Below are positions 38,224 through 50,278 of a DNA stretch of 63,437 nucleotides, piece after piece (positions within the stretch are counted from its first letter, which is position 1; each line of letters opens with the position of its first letter). The stretch comes from Dimargaris cristalligena. Its lineage: Eukaryota. The position numbers and the translations under genes are program-made. The DNA lies in assembly GCA_003614675.1 (NCBI GenBank), contig ML002235.1, forward strand, positions 1-63,437, written 5' to 3'. The notes under the pieces are model-generated. The model was not told the DNA's origin, searched no databases, and saw nothing but the letters and a program-made list of their open reading frames with translations.

Positions 38224-41200
38224 GGCAAAGACGGGGACCAGCTCCTAGCTGGAGACATTAATATGATCGAGTTGAAGTAAGTACAACATGACCAAATCAC
38301 CGCATTTTACTGTTACACCCATTCTAACCCTTTGGCTGCTGACCTCTCTAAAAATAACAATTGCTATGGGTTGGTTTACATTTGAGTGTGGCTCATACAG
38401 AAACCTATCCCCCATATTACCAACAGTATACCTCTGAAAGAGGCGCGAGTTACTGGTTTGACGGGTCCCTTTATTGTAGTTCAAACCCACCCAAACCAAC
38501 ATATAGACGCTTCCATAGAATATCCAATGGTATCACAAGAGTATGATTATCTAGTCCCTCTGAAATTGATGGTTTGGCCATTGGAGGGATGCGATTTCCG
38601 GTTTGAAACATTTAGGAATAATTGGGCAATAGGGGGCTGAGGCTAAAGGGCAATGGGGGCGCTACAATCGCTCGCCAGCAATTAGATTCAACTGGCATTA
38701 TGATCAAGCCGCCGTGATACAAGGGATATACAGTGGCCGATTCGTTACATAGGCCTCTCATAAACGGTCCTGTGTGACTCAAACCAAAGCCGCCCCCAAC
38801 ACCAGCCACAGTGTGGATTGTTTACTTGGTAGAGAGAGGAACCTGGGCACACGATTAGGGGAGTGCATTAAACGTGGGGTACCCACCATTCTCTTAGTCA
38901 TTGGATTTGGCAGCATGTGGTTAACGGTGACCTTGTCCTGATCATAGAAGCAGAGGCCGTCCCTACCATTAGATATCACCCCGGAGATCTTGGAGGGCAA
39001 AAGGAAGGGGAGCGGCCTTGAACCATACAATCATTTATTATCGCTAAAAACTGATATACCTCAAATAATTTTATTCATCTGTGCTGACCAGCATAGCCAA
39101 CCCAGTCCAATGATGGTATGCAATAGCAGAATACTTTCGGATACATCCCCCTTTACTATTTTACTTCTAACCACCGACACAGGCGGCCTATAAAAGGGTT
39201 ATTGGGGAATTATATGGATCAACTATTCTATTAAACATTACATACGATATGGGGGCTACCCAGACCAGGTTGATATTTACCTTTGGTGACCTGCATCCCT
39301 TCAATCTGGTGGCTACAATTACCCAAATCGGAAAATAGTTGAGCAGATGCTAACGGAAGATCCCAGACGGTCATTAACAAGAGATGGTTCAGGGATATTT
39401 TATTGGAGGTCCTATGCGCTTTAGGTGGAAGGCGGTCCTTTGCCAAGGTACATTGGCACAATAGTGTCAAAAACATTCAGCGGTGACGGACTCCGCGTAT
39501 AGGGCATTCCAGCCAATTTACGGGTGTATATTGTTTTTGTGGTGGAATACCTAAAGTATAAATTGAAGATTTATGGATTGAACTCAAGAGAGGCTGTGTC
39601 CCACTCTGTTTGGAAGATACTCATGATCCCGGCCACCGTAGGAATAACTAGAGTAGTCTGGTCAGTCTAATAGATGTGTGTAACTCTATGGCCACTGAAA
39701 GTTCACCATCAATTCTGGGCTGGGCTAAATATACCTTTTTAAATAGCCGTGTTTAAACTTGCTATTATTAAGGCTGCCGGGCTACTGTGGCCTTACAACT
39801 ACCGATTAATAATGGCGGGAAATGCCGACGGGTTGTATCCTTGGCCAGAACCTCCGGTCCATAATGTGATCAGGATGACCTACTGACTAATGGATTAGAA
39901 TATATCTAAGATACAATTGCTATTGGCCATAGTTTCATGATACTGTATTGACTTGGCCACACCTAATAGCCCTCGACTTTCCTAGTCTTTTCAGTGACTC
40001 CCTTTGCCGATTTCTTGAACTACATTAACACAATAGATAGATTCTACAACACTCTATATGCAATCTACTGCTAGATACTATAAGATTGATTCTTACTTCC
40101 GGGGGTCTTATATTGTCATAATGTTAATTATATAATTGTTATTGTTATATCTTATCTGGCCACTCTATATTCGATTACGCAATAAACCCCAAACAGCTCC
40201 ATTAAGACTCGTATACTGCTGCCACCCAACACGACCGAAGTATCAATGATTGAGGGGCGAACCACCCGACCATCTGCCACCCTCTTCAAGCCTGCCCCCA
40301 CACTCACACATTCATCGTCCATAGAAATAATTTAGCCAACAACTCACAGGCATATCGTTTTAAAAATATATATCATTTAGAGGCGTACTGAATCTATGGC
40401 TAATTGTGCAACCCAACGGGAATAAGGTATTATGTTGTTGAACGTGGCTGTTGTATTATAAAATATATTATTTTTTTGTACAAGGCAAGTGGACGCCCCC
40501 CTCCCAAAAAGTCACCACCCCCCTTAATTACACTGTTGACTGCTGCAAGACACCTGCCAGTTGATGGCATTACAATGGTGCTATTCTAGAAGGTCGCCAT
40601 AACCAAGCCTCTTTTCCCATGCCAGACACCGTTGCTGTTCGTCGGTCTCCCTTCTCCCCCATTGGCGTCTAGGTCATTTTGAAAATAGGGCTAGGATAGC
40701 AACCACCCAAATACCTGTCCTACCCCAAGGTCGGATGGCTGTTTGATTAAATGTTGTAGTGTCGGTTAATTAGCCATTGTATACCTCATTATGATCACAA
40801 GTAAGCTCGCCTTTTTCTTCCAGCCGCAATACTCGTGGATAGATAACATTTCACAACTAATTACTGACAGGCTTAACACCGGTACATTTGGTACGATTTA
40901 CAGTCCCTGAAAAATGAATTCCAATGAAGACAGGGTAGCGGATCAGTTTTATCTGTACAATACATGTGCTTCTGGCTAGACAATGGGACGTGTATTGAGG
41001 ATGGAATGCATCAGGCTGCTAGTGGTTATTAGAAAAAGTCTGAGAGACATAATGTTGACCAGTATAAAACTTTCAGCTACTTAAGGTGCATTTGGGGTAA
41101 TTCCTTGTTACTTAACTGCATTCATCTAACTGAGGATTGAGAAACTGGAGTTCATGAATGTCCAATGTAATGGCTTAAAATAGGAGCAGTTCATTAATAA

Positions 41201-41420
41201 TTTAAAACATTTGTGAAATAGCTGAATATGCCAGCTTAGTTGGGGAGGGGACCCTGTGACAGGTCAATATATAGGGTTGTGGTCATTCATTATTATATTA
41301 AGTATATATATATAATCATAGTTAAAGTTATAATTATCAGTCCACTAAGACTAAATTGGGGATGTACTAATGGTAGAATTTTATAAGTATAACTTTGGGT
41401 ATTTCTAAAACCTCTAGTAA

Positions 41421-41945
41421 TGTCACCCAAGTTTACCACTCGTCCATTAAGAGTCTTGGGGATAGGCTTCTAATAGTAGGCAGGACTTAGGCTTAGCCAA
41501 GCAGGCTACTAACATCAGTTACAGGCACAGTACTAACCAATAAAGGATAAGTGCAGGTGTATGTAAGGGACATGCAGTGGGTACACTTACTAGTTAGTAC
41601 AAGGGGGTAAGTATATATAGTGTTTATTAGGGTAAACTATGGGGGTAAGAATAAGCTGCTGTTTAATCTAATCCCAGTGGGGCTAGTTATATATATACAG
41701 GGGACTACTCTAAAGGGAGGTCCCTGAAGGAAGGTACTACTAGGACTACTGATGGATAAACTAGCTAACTGGATGGTATAGGGGCATGGAAGACTCAGCT
41801 GGGAACTGGAAGAGTGATTAGATCAGCCCAGGAGTGAATGATGGGACTCTCTAGTCTAGGAAGGGAAGGGTTATATGATATAGGAGGATCCTATAGTACT
41901 GGGGGTGACTATGGGAGGGTTAATATGGTACTATAAGGCCTCATA
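41421..41945 (-). mobile_element. Decayed solo LTR, copy B (direct repeat of copy A)
   Basis: TGTCACCCA...GGCCTCATA; shares blocks such as GATAGGCTTCTAATAGTAGG, CTTAGCCAAGCAGGCTACTA and GGGGTAAGAATAAGCTG with copy A; minus-strand TATA then AATAAA (41623-41628). Confidence 0.72.
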
Positions 41946-42516
41946 AGGATAGACAATCATTAAGTCCAGATTAAGTCAGATTAGGAGGGCCAACATGGTT
42001 ATTTATTTTTATTTTTAGTGGTTTAAAAGCTGCAGTCTAAGTATGGCCAAGCTGTATAGCCATTGTTCAATTGCTGTGGTTTTTGTATGGTTTAGGGCTC
42101 ACAAAGGTGCCCAACTGGCTAATGATATCTACAGACCAAAGGTAGCAAGGAGGGAGGGGTACGAATAGGGCAAAAAAAGAATTGAAAAGACAAAACAAAA
42201 TAAGTTAGGGTGGGCCTGGCTGGCAAGTTTGCCACTAGGCTTATTTGGATACAAACTACACCCCCTGTTCCTTATGAACAGTTGGTCATTGGTTTTTTAT
42301 ATAAATACTCCGTATGAATCTATTAATAGGGAAACCATCACCCCACTCTTCTTTTTTGGACTGCTATGCAACTAGCTAATCCCTAGGTGCGAGTCGCTGT
42401 TTTCCTGGTGTCATATTCAAATTGAATACTATATGGGTGTAGTTTTATTCCCCATAGTCATATATCCCCACAATGTGGCCAACTCTTATTGACACAATAA
42501 CTCCAGCCCCATCATT

Positions 42517-44219
42517 ATGCAGTCTCCTATTCTAGACATCTCAGTGCTTGGTTTGGCACTGGCTTGCTTCACCACCAACCTTACTGGTCGCAGCCTACCA
42601 CCCAGCATCCCAATGGCCGATTCCTCCCACCTTGCATCTCTCCATGTTGTCCCCCGAACTAATGACAAGGTAATTTAAGATAGCGATTGATACGTGGTAT
42701 ATGATATTACACCTGAAATCCCTCTTTCCCAAGAACTGACTTGCACGCATTACAATGCTGGGATACTTAACTACACCAACATTCCCATCCATTAATTACA
42801 TGCATGTCCATTAAACGCCCCTCTTCCAGGATCTGTTTGAAGAGGGCGAATATCTCCCATCCACTCAAGTAGAAACTAAGGTGTTGGCCCTAGCACCACT
42901 TGAGACGGACCTCAAGTACATTAACCTTACCACCGGCCTACCCTCCCTCATTAAATATTTCGACGGCCCTTCCCAGCAACGCTTAGACCTCAGTTTAAAT
43001 GCTTTGGCAAAGCAATCCACTGCCCTCCGGACCTGGACCGCCAGCGTGGATTATTTTCGTACGGACCAGTTGTCCCAAGCCGAGCTAGCGGCGCTCTTTC
43101 CCCTGGTTGCCCGGGTCGGCCAAAACGGACTGCAAGTGATTCAAGACTTCGAACAATCCTTGCCCAAGGCCATGAAAGAGGCCCCACCCCACCGTTACTT
43201 TACATTGGCGGATACGGTCCGGGGGCTGGAGAATCTGGAATTACCGCTGGAATTCGCCCACTACGCGCTGGCCAAAGTCCCCCATGTAATGCAGTTGCAT
43301 GTGGCGGCCCGGGCTATTAAAGACCGGTCGTTCGACCAACTAGTGGGAATTATTGAGCAATGGTGCCAAGCCGAAGCAAATGGAAACGTCTGCGGTAAAG
43401 TACCGAGTCAGACAGCCCCTCCAGGTGGACGACGAATCCCTTTACAACACCCTCGATGAATACGAAATCTCCTTCCCATACCCAGCCCCACTCCCTGGCC
43501 AACGTAAGCGCAAACTTTCTTTGCCCCTATCCACCAACTCCGCCGCTATCAACCGGTTTTACGTCCCCTCGACCTACTCCTCCCCAGCGTCCTACCGGGA
43601 CCTTACAGAATTCGCCGTAAGTGGCAAACTGGCCCCCGTGTTCATGTGGGCCCTGGAATACGAGTTGCCCGGCTCCGACACGCTGCTCACGCAGTACGGT
43701 AACCCCTTTGATAAAGGCGGCGCCACCTGCGCGCAGGTCCTGGGGTATACCAAGGCCGCCCGCTTCTTGACCCGCACCTTGGGGCAAGTGGCCCAACCCG
43801 CCAACCAGGCGACGCGATTCAAATGCTACGAGTGGTTGACATGGGCCGGCTCGGTGTATTTGAGTCCAGCGGGTTCGGATGATTTCCCAACCGGGGCCAT
43901 TTACGTCCGAGTTAATTACGAGTTGATCCAAAAATCGGCAGCGGCGGTGGCGAGCACCGGGCTCTCCGTGAAGTCCGTGGCTGATCAAATACTCCTTTTG
44001 CAGAAGTTTGAAGACGAGTATAACATTGTCCCAAGCGGCTCGTCTTTTGATGATGTCCGTCGTAAGTCTGGTTTCGCGATTCTGAAGCTCCGACAGCAGC
44101 TGGATTCAGCCCCGCCGCTCATTAGGCAAGGCGCAGAGAACCTACTACGCATTGACCAACTGTTCCACTATAAAGAATATACTCAGTATGAACTCGAGTG
44201 TTTATCTGACTATTTCTGA
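42517..44219 (+). pseudogene. Secreted F-box-like paralog of 36318-37984 with one frameshift between 43344 and 43459 (pseudogene or sequencing error); exons 42517-42669, 42830-44219
   Basis: Signal-peptide-like MQSPILDISVLGLALACFTTNLTG; GT-AG intron 42670-42829 in phase with ORF 42881; degenerate F-box YLPSTQVETKVLALAPLETDLKYINL; ORFs 42881-43459 and 43353-44219 overlap in different frames; TATATAAATA near 42298. Confidence 0.65.
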
Positions 44220-44803
44220 CAGTGAAGTATTTAAAACAGTCGGTGCTAGCTTATTATGTTTTTTATTAATCTTTTGAGCCCATTTATTTTTGAATAAAAA
44301 AAAAAGCCTGTTTATCTTAAATTGTATACACCTGAGCATGAGTACACTATATAAAATATGGGTGCGGTGGGATGCGGCTGTGGTCAAAGCACACCCATAT
44401 AGAGGCACTTACTTACTAGGATGGCGTTTGTTAACACTCGGGTAAAAGAAATCGGATATAGCAGGTGGATTTTCCCTAATGATATTCAAGCTAGTAGTAT
44501 AAGATTGTTGGTAAAGAACGACTCGCCATTGTGTATAGTTTCCTACGGCTGGACTAACCGAGGCAATAATGGTATATGGATGGACCCACTGACTCCAGTG
44601 GTAGCTATCTAGACACCATCAGGGCCTAAGCAGTCGCATCCAGCAATAATAAAAGGACCGATACATGATTCCGACCTCAACTTCAACCTCGGCATGTATA
44701 TTTTATTTTTATTAATGTGTAATATGGTTCAGAGCAAAGTGGAAATAGGGGAGGGAGGGAGAGAGGGTTGATTTCAGATATAAAAAGAGGGAGGGTCCAT
44801 TGA

Positions 44804-46286
44804 TTACAAGATCAGACGTAGCACATCCCGTAGACTATCCAGGGACTGCAGAAAGTCGGCATCCTGTCCCTGACCGGGGGTCCATGTCGAGTGAGTGAAA
44901 TCGAGCAGCCGCAGATCGTAGAGCATTTTGTCGTTGGCATCCTCCATTGTGTCGTCGTCATCATCTTCTTCATCATCAAATTCGCTACCACTCATGAATT
45001 CGTCGCTATCCATGCCATTATCTTGGTTTGGTACCACCGGCCTAACTGGACAGGAGGAGGGGGCAGGGATCGTATAGGGGGCTAAATGGGGGTTCCCGAG
45101 GGGGGTTAACCGGGGGGCGGGGGAAGTTCGCTCGGAATCGGGGTCACTCGACTCGGCCATGACATCGGATTCGCTCTCTTCGGCTAGGATCCGCTGCTGG
45201 CGCTCGGTATCACCTTCGTAGATAAACAGGAGGGAACTGTGGGGCAACCGGACCTCCTCCGTGGCAATTAATTGACTTAACTCCTTCAGAACAAGGTTGT
45301 ATTCTTTGATGAGGAACTCCCGGTACTCGTGGTTTAAATGGTCGGGGAGGAATTTCCGGAACTCCTCGGCGATGCTGTCGGTGGTCGAGATGATTTGCTG
45401 GTCCGGTTCGTATTCGACCCGGTTTTGCCCGGATTCGTCGTGGGTCTGGAGATGGGGTAATGGGAAGGGGTTCGTGGTGGGACAATAGGAGAAACAATTA
45501 GGCAAGCGAAGGAGGGGGTGGGGGTGTTGCGGGAAGGAGGATGGGCTACGCTCGATTAAGATCGAGGAGCCGGGCCCTTGACTAAGATAAGAGCCATTGT
45601 TCTAAAATCAGATCAATACTATGGCTTCGATGGAGGATATAGTGGTAGATCGGGTCTCTCTCAGGACACCCCGATCAACTATTGCTATGTCTAACTAACC
45701 CGCATTAAACACCCGAGCGGGTAGCATGGATCAGTGTAAATCACCCGAGTTGGGGTGGTCCATACCAGCATAGTGGTGAACTTACCTTGATGCTGGCCAC
45801 CCGGATATTAATACAGGGTGGTTCAGTTGGATTCGCCTCGATTGTGGGGGAGGGTAGGGCCATTTTAACGTCAATGACGCAGGGCTTAGAAAAGCCATGT
45901 AGTAGATTTTCGATGCACACGGCACTCTGCAGGGGTACACTATGGATGGGCCGGAGGGAGTCGTCTTCCGGAGCCCTGGGGGGAACGGCTCCAACTAGGT
46001 CGGCATCGGTCTGGGTCGGGGGCATGAGAAGGGAAGCGGTCTGCTCCCCGGACAGATTCAGCATGCCGAAATAATGGGGTAGGAACAATTGGAAGTTGGG
46101 GTGGTCGACAGTCTGTTCGTAAAAGTCGCGCTCGTTGCTGTGGCAGGGCTTGATGAGTAGCTCGCCCCCTTCAGCAAACATAACGCCACTCTCTTCCTGG
46201 TCGGCCTCGGACGGGTCCTGGGGGGAGCCCGGGTCGGGCTGGGGCCCGCTGTCGGCGGGGACGTTCCGGGTCGCAAATTCGGTCAT
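44804..46286 (-). CDS. Inositol polyphosphate kinase family protein (IPMK/Arg82/Kcs1-like), atypical; exons 45786-46286, 44804-45445
   Basis: LIKP...ERDFYE, FLPHYFG, IENLLHGFSKPCVIDVKM, SSLLFIYEG, LRLLDFTHS, GQGQD..FL. Confidence 0.85.
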
Positions 46287-47956
46287 GGCACCCGCTGTCA
46301 GAGAAGGGTTCGGGAATGGAGGGAGCGGGTAAATGACTGGGGATATATATTTATATAACTAGTTTTAGGGGAGAATGAAAAGCCGACTTTCCCAATCGAG
46401 GCGAAGTGGTATTAGAGTTAGGCGGGCAGATAAATATTGAAAGAGAGAGAGAAAACCAGTAGGGGGAAGCCCGTTGATTGAACTGAGGAGTCTTAGCAAA
46501 GTGGGCCAAGTGAATTGGATTCAGCGAGACTCGGACATATAATAGAATAGACCAGAGTGGAGTGGAGTGGAGTAGAGTAGAATTCAAAAAAAGGTCCAAT
46601 TTCGACACTCGAGCTGAAAGGCAGCTGAGATTAGGTAGGCGTTTTGCCCAGCAAAGAAAAATATTTTTAAAAAAAGAGGCAGCGGAGCTATTCCTTGGCT
46701 GGTTAGAGTAGAGTTCTGGGGGAGTGTGATTGGGGAATATTGGTGGAGAAGACTGCTCTCCTCGGTAGGTTTTTATATTTAATTAGCCAGGCCTACTTAA
46801 TTACTGCTCTTTTATATATATATATATATATCACCTCTTCCTTACACCTGCCTTGACCACCTAACCCTACTCTGATTGAAGTTTAGTTATTTATATAAAT
46901 GGATTGTCGCAGTAGCAGGATTTTAAAAGGGGTTGTTTCCGGTGGCTTGGGCTGGAGTCAAGTCAAGCAGGTCACATGATCGGGGGAATTGCCACTGCTA
47001 AGCACAGCTGGGTGGAATAATGAAGTGACATGAATACCGCAGGCTATAACTAACCTCGCCCGACGACAGTGGGGCAATTGATCCCAACAAACCCGTGGTC
47101 CTGACGAATGGATTCATTAATGATGGCTACGTTGGATACATGAAGGAAGCGCGGGATTCCCCCATTGCTTCCAAGGTATCCAAATCTGCAGTCTTATACA
47201 CAGCAGGCGGGGTTTATTAATAGCTTCATCGACATCTCCCAGATAGTCGTGGTTAGCTGGCATAACCTTTGACTCCGACCCCTGCTGATATTCTCGAATA
47301 GGGTGCTTGTGCCTATTAGCTTGGAACTGGACATGGTTCAGGGATGTGGAATTTAATGAACAGGCGGCTAAGATACTTCTCACCCGGATGATGTGGGCTA
47401 TCTTGGAAGGACCCTGCGGGTAACTTCCCGGTCGAGGGGAGTAAACTCGTGTAGTAGCAGTAGAAGCTGCAGGGGGCGGGTGAATATCATGAGGTGCAAA
47501 CAACCGCCCAGGGTGTTGTTGTGATTGCATCATAATGTTTGACAGGTCGTCGAACTTAAGTAGATTCCAAATACTGTCCCACGGGTGGGAGATTATTCCT
47601 CCACTGTATCTTCAACAGCATGGGACGAGACGACGATGGATGGGTCTGGCTGACCTGCTGCTAATAAGAAAGACCATGTCCATTGTACAAAAAAAGAGAG
47701 TGAAACAGCACTGTGAAGTAAAGGAAGGGAAGGCTTCAGTCTCCCCCACCCACCATTTTTAGCAGGGCTACTTACACCTGCCTATAAAACCCCCCCCTCG
47801 CTATTCCCCCTTTTCGCTATACCCACTTTAAACCGCAGCGGTGTTTCCTTGTTTGCACATTCAAAGTTGCTTTTTCCTACTACTTTCCGGGGTTCGTCTA
47901 GTCCCACCTAATCCCGTCCACATTAACCGCATCTGCCCGTATTCGCTGTCTTCGTC

Positions 47957-48823
47957 ATGGCCAACGACACTTCGTCACTTCTACTTCGGCGCCAACTTAA
48001 AGGTATTTCTACCCCTCGTACTTTACTCCATCTGCCTTATAAACCCGATGGACTTGCAAATTACCCGCCCCACCACTATTATCCGGCCGCCAGTTCGGCT
48101 TCTATGGCCAAAAAAACCCGCGCTACCGCATCTGGCTAAGAATAAGGCGACCATGCAGTAACCCCATTCCCCAGGGAATAGCATGGGGGCTGTATACGTC
48201 AACCGCCGTGGGGCAGGGGCTTACACGGCTGCCCAACATGTGGGGTGACTTCACGATTACTTCTACCAGTTCCCTCCGCCACCTTTCTTACCTTGTCCCA
48301 ACGTTTGCCTCGCTGCTATATTCCTATTATTACTCACCTCCCCACCACAATCTTCATTCAATCGGTAGAGCTCAACAAAGAGGGTGTTGCTGGCTTCTCG
48401 GCTGGGCTGGTCGACGATGACAACATCTACGAGTGGGAGGTGATGATTATGGGGCCTCCGGAGACCCTTTACGAAGGGGGCTACTTCCGCGCCCGCCTGT
48501 CATTCTCCCAGGAATACCCCGTCCAGCCCCCTAAAATGAAATTCGTATCGAGCATGTGGCACCCCAATGTGTACCCCGACGGTGAAGTCTGTATTTCCAT
48601 CCTGCACCCCCCGGGTGAGGACAAGTACGGCTACGAAGACGCCGGCGAGCGCTGGCTACCCATTCATACCGTCGAAACCATCCTCATCAGCGTCATTTCC
48701 ATGCTGTCCAGTCCCAACGACGAGTCCCCCGCTAACTTGGAGGCCGCTAAGGAATGGCGGAACGACTTCCCGCTCTTTAAGAAAAAGGTCCAGCGTATTG
48801 TACGTCGCTCATGCGAAGAGTAG
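47957..48823 (+). CDS. E2 ubiquitin-conjugating enzyme, UBE2G1/Ubc15-like; exons 47957-48002, 48369-48823
   Basis: LLLRRQLKEL, GFSAGLVDD, MWHPNVYPDGEVCISILH, acidic loop PPGEDKYGYEDAGERW, PNDESPAN. Confidence 0.93.
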
Positions 48824-50029
48824 GCCCAGGATTGCGGTCTACTCTGATCGCGCTGGCTGGAGGGTCACATCTCCGTATCGCTCCACCAATTTCAGACTTG
48901 GCGAACTTCTTTGATCTAGGTTGATCAAAGCGGATGAGTGCAAAACTACTGGCGATACCCTCCCCCTTTATATTGGCGTAACCTACGATATCTGGTATAC
49001 TCCGCGATCCTTTATGGCTTGCCATCGAGCTCCTCCGGCCGTTCATGTCGCCATCTTTTCTATATATCACTACCTTCTTATTGCCACCTACCTACTGCCC
49101 TCGACCTTTCTGCTTTTCTTTTCTGTTGACGATTTGTCTGTGGTTATTGTTTATGGTCCCCGTGAAATCATATTCTTTCGGCTCCTCACCTGGCCACTAT
49201 TTCCCTGTATTGTGCTTGATCGCCAGCATGATCTAGACCTCCCCCCTTTTCTGTGCTAACCATTTCACATTTGATTGACTCTTCAAGTCCTCTATCCATT
49301 TACGTCTCCTCTGTAATCCATTCTATTTCCCTATGCGCCTGATTTTAGTGTTTCTATTTCCTTTTTTCTTGACCATCTACCGTTCTACCTCCTACGTCGA
49401 ATGTGTAATCGCGTTACCTTTTGGGTTTATTTTATATACACCATTCCAATTTCGGCATTTCGTTGATTACCAGCCCGCTACCCACGGCTTATTCTCCACA
49501 CTGTGTTTATCCAGTCCACTAAACATCTCGGACCTTTGGCTTTGACTTTGATTGTGCTTGTAATTTGGGTGCAGACTGTACTATTACAGGCCGTTTCTTT
49601 AATGGGCGCATCGCTATGCCCAAAATCCAACCAGGGTAGAATACATCTACTAGTTGTGGCATTGAATTACGCAAATGGCCCAACTTCAGGAGATCATTTA
49701 GGTATAAGCAATGTTCCAACTAAACTTGAAGTAATACGAATCAGCCTTCAACTTATCTTGGATTTATTGGAGTTGGTCACCAGTTAATCATCTAGAGTGC
49801 TCGCATTATTATACTAACCTGGGTACCGACACGATTGCCCGCCTTGCTTATAATATAAAATCTAGATTTTTTTATATAAAGAGCTTCGCTCTGAACAAAT
49901 AAATGAAAACCGCCCGATTCGGGCGCGAGGTTAACCCAGTTTGGCTAGTTTGTGACTAATCAGAGAGAGGGCGGGGTGGGTAAGCAGGTAAGTACAATCC
50001 ACACCATTGAGGCAGTGGGAACCGATCCG

Positions 50030-50278
50030 TTACTGAGAACCACTCAGGTGCTGTACGACGATGTTCATGCTATCGTAGAAACGGTTCACGCAATTTTGCA
50101 GACAGGCCCGTTCGGTCCGATCCAGGGGAGTACTGGGGGAGTTGATGCACTGGTTCCAGCAGAAACCGGTCAAATGGCGGACGGTGCCCTGGAGTTGGGA
50201 CAAACCCTCCTGCTGTTGCATGAATTCGTCAAGTTCACGCTGTTCGGCGGAGATGTTCTTGGTGTCGTCGAGAGCCAT
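50030..50278 (-). CDS. TIM8: Mitochondrial intermembrane-space chaperone Tim8
   Basis: Twin CX3C (CWNQC, CLQNC), VRHLT, CVNRFYD. Confidence 0.9.
   Translation of the reverse strand: MALDDTKNISAEQRELDEFMQQQEGLSQLQGTVRHLTGFCWNQCINSPSTPLDRTERACLQNCVNRFYDSMNIVVQHLSGSQ

Noticed and set aside
34565..41945. One intact 7.4-kb LTR retrotransposon that captured the F-box gene
   Set aside because: The size fits, but there is no gag/pol, PBS, PPT or outer TSD; the repeats are strongly diverged, copy A appears to have its own TSD, and the gene keeps its intron.
46978..47085. Imperfect inverted repeat (AATTGCCACTG...CAGTGGGGCAATT) as a structured ncRNA
   Set aside because: Short, imperfect and without recognisable RNA family boxes; cannot be supported without covariance analysis.
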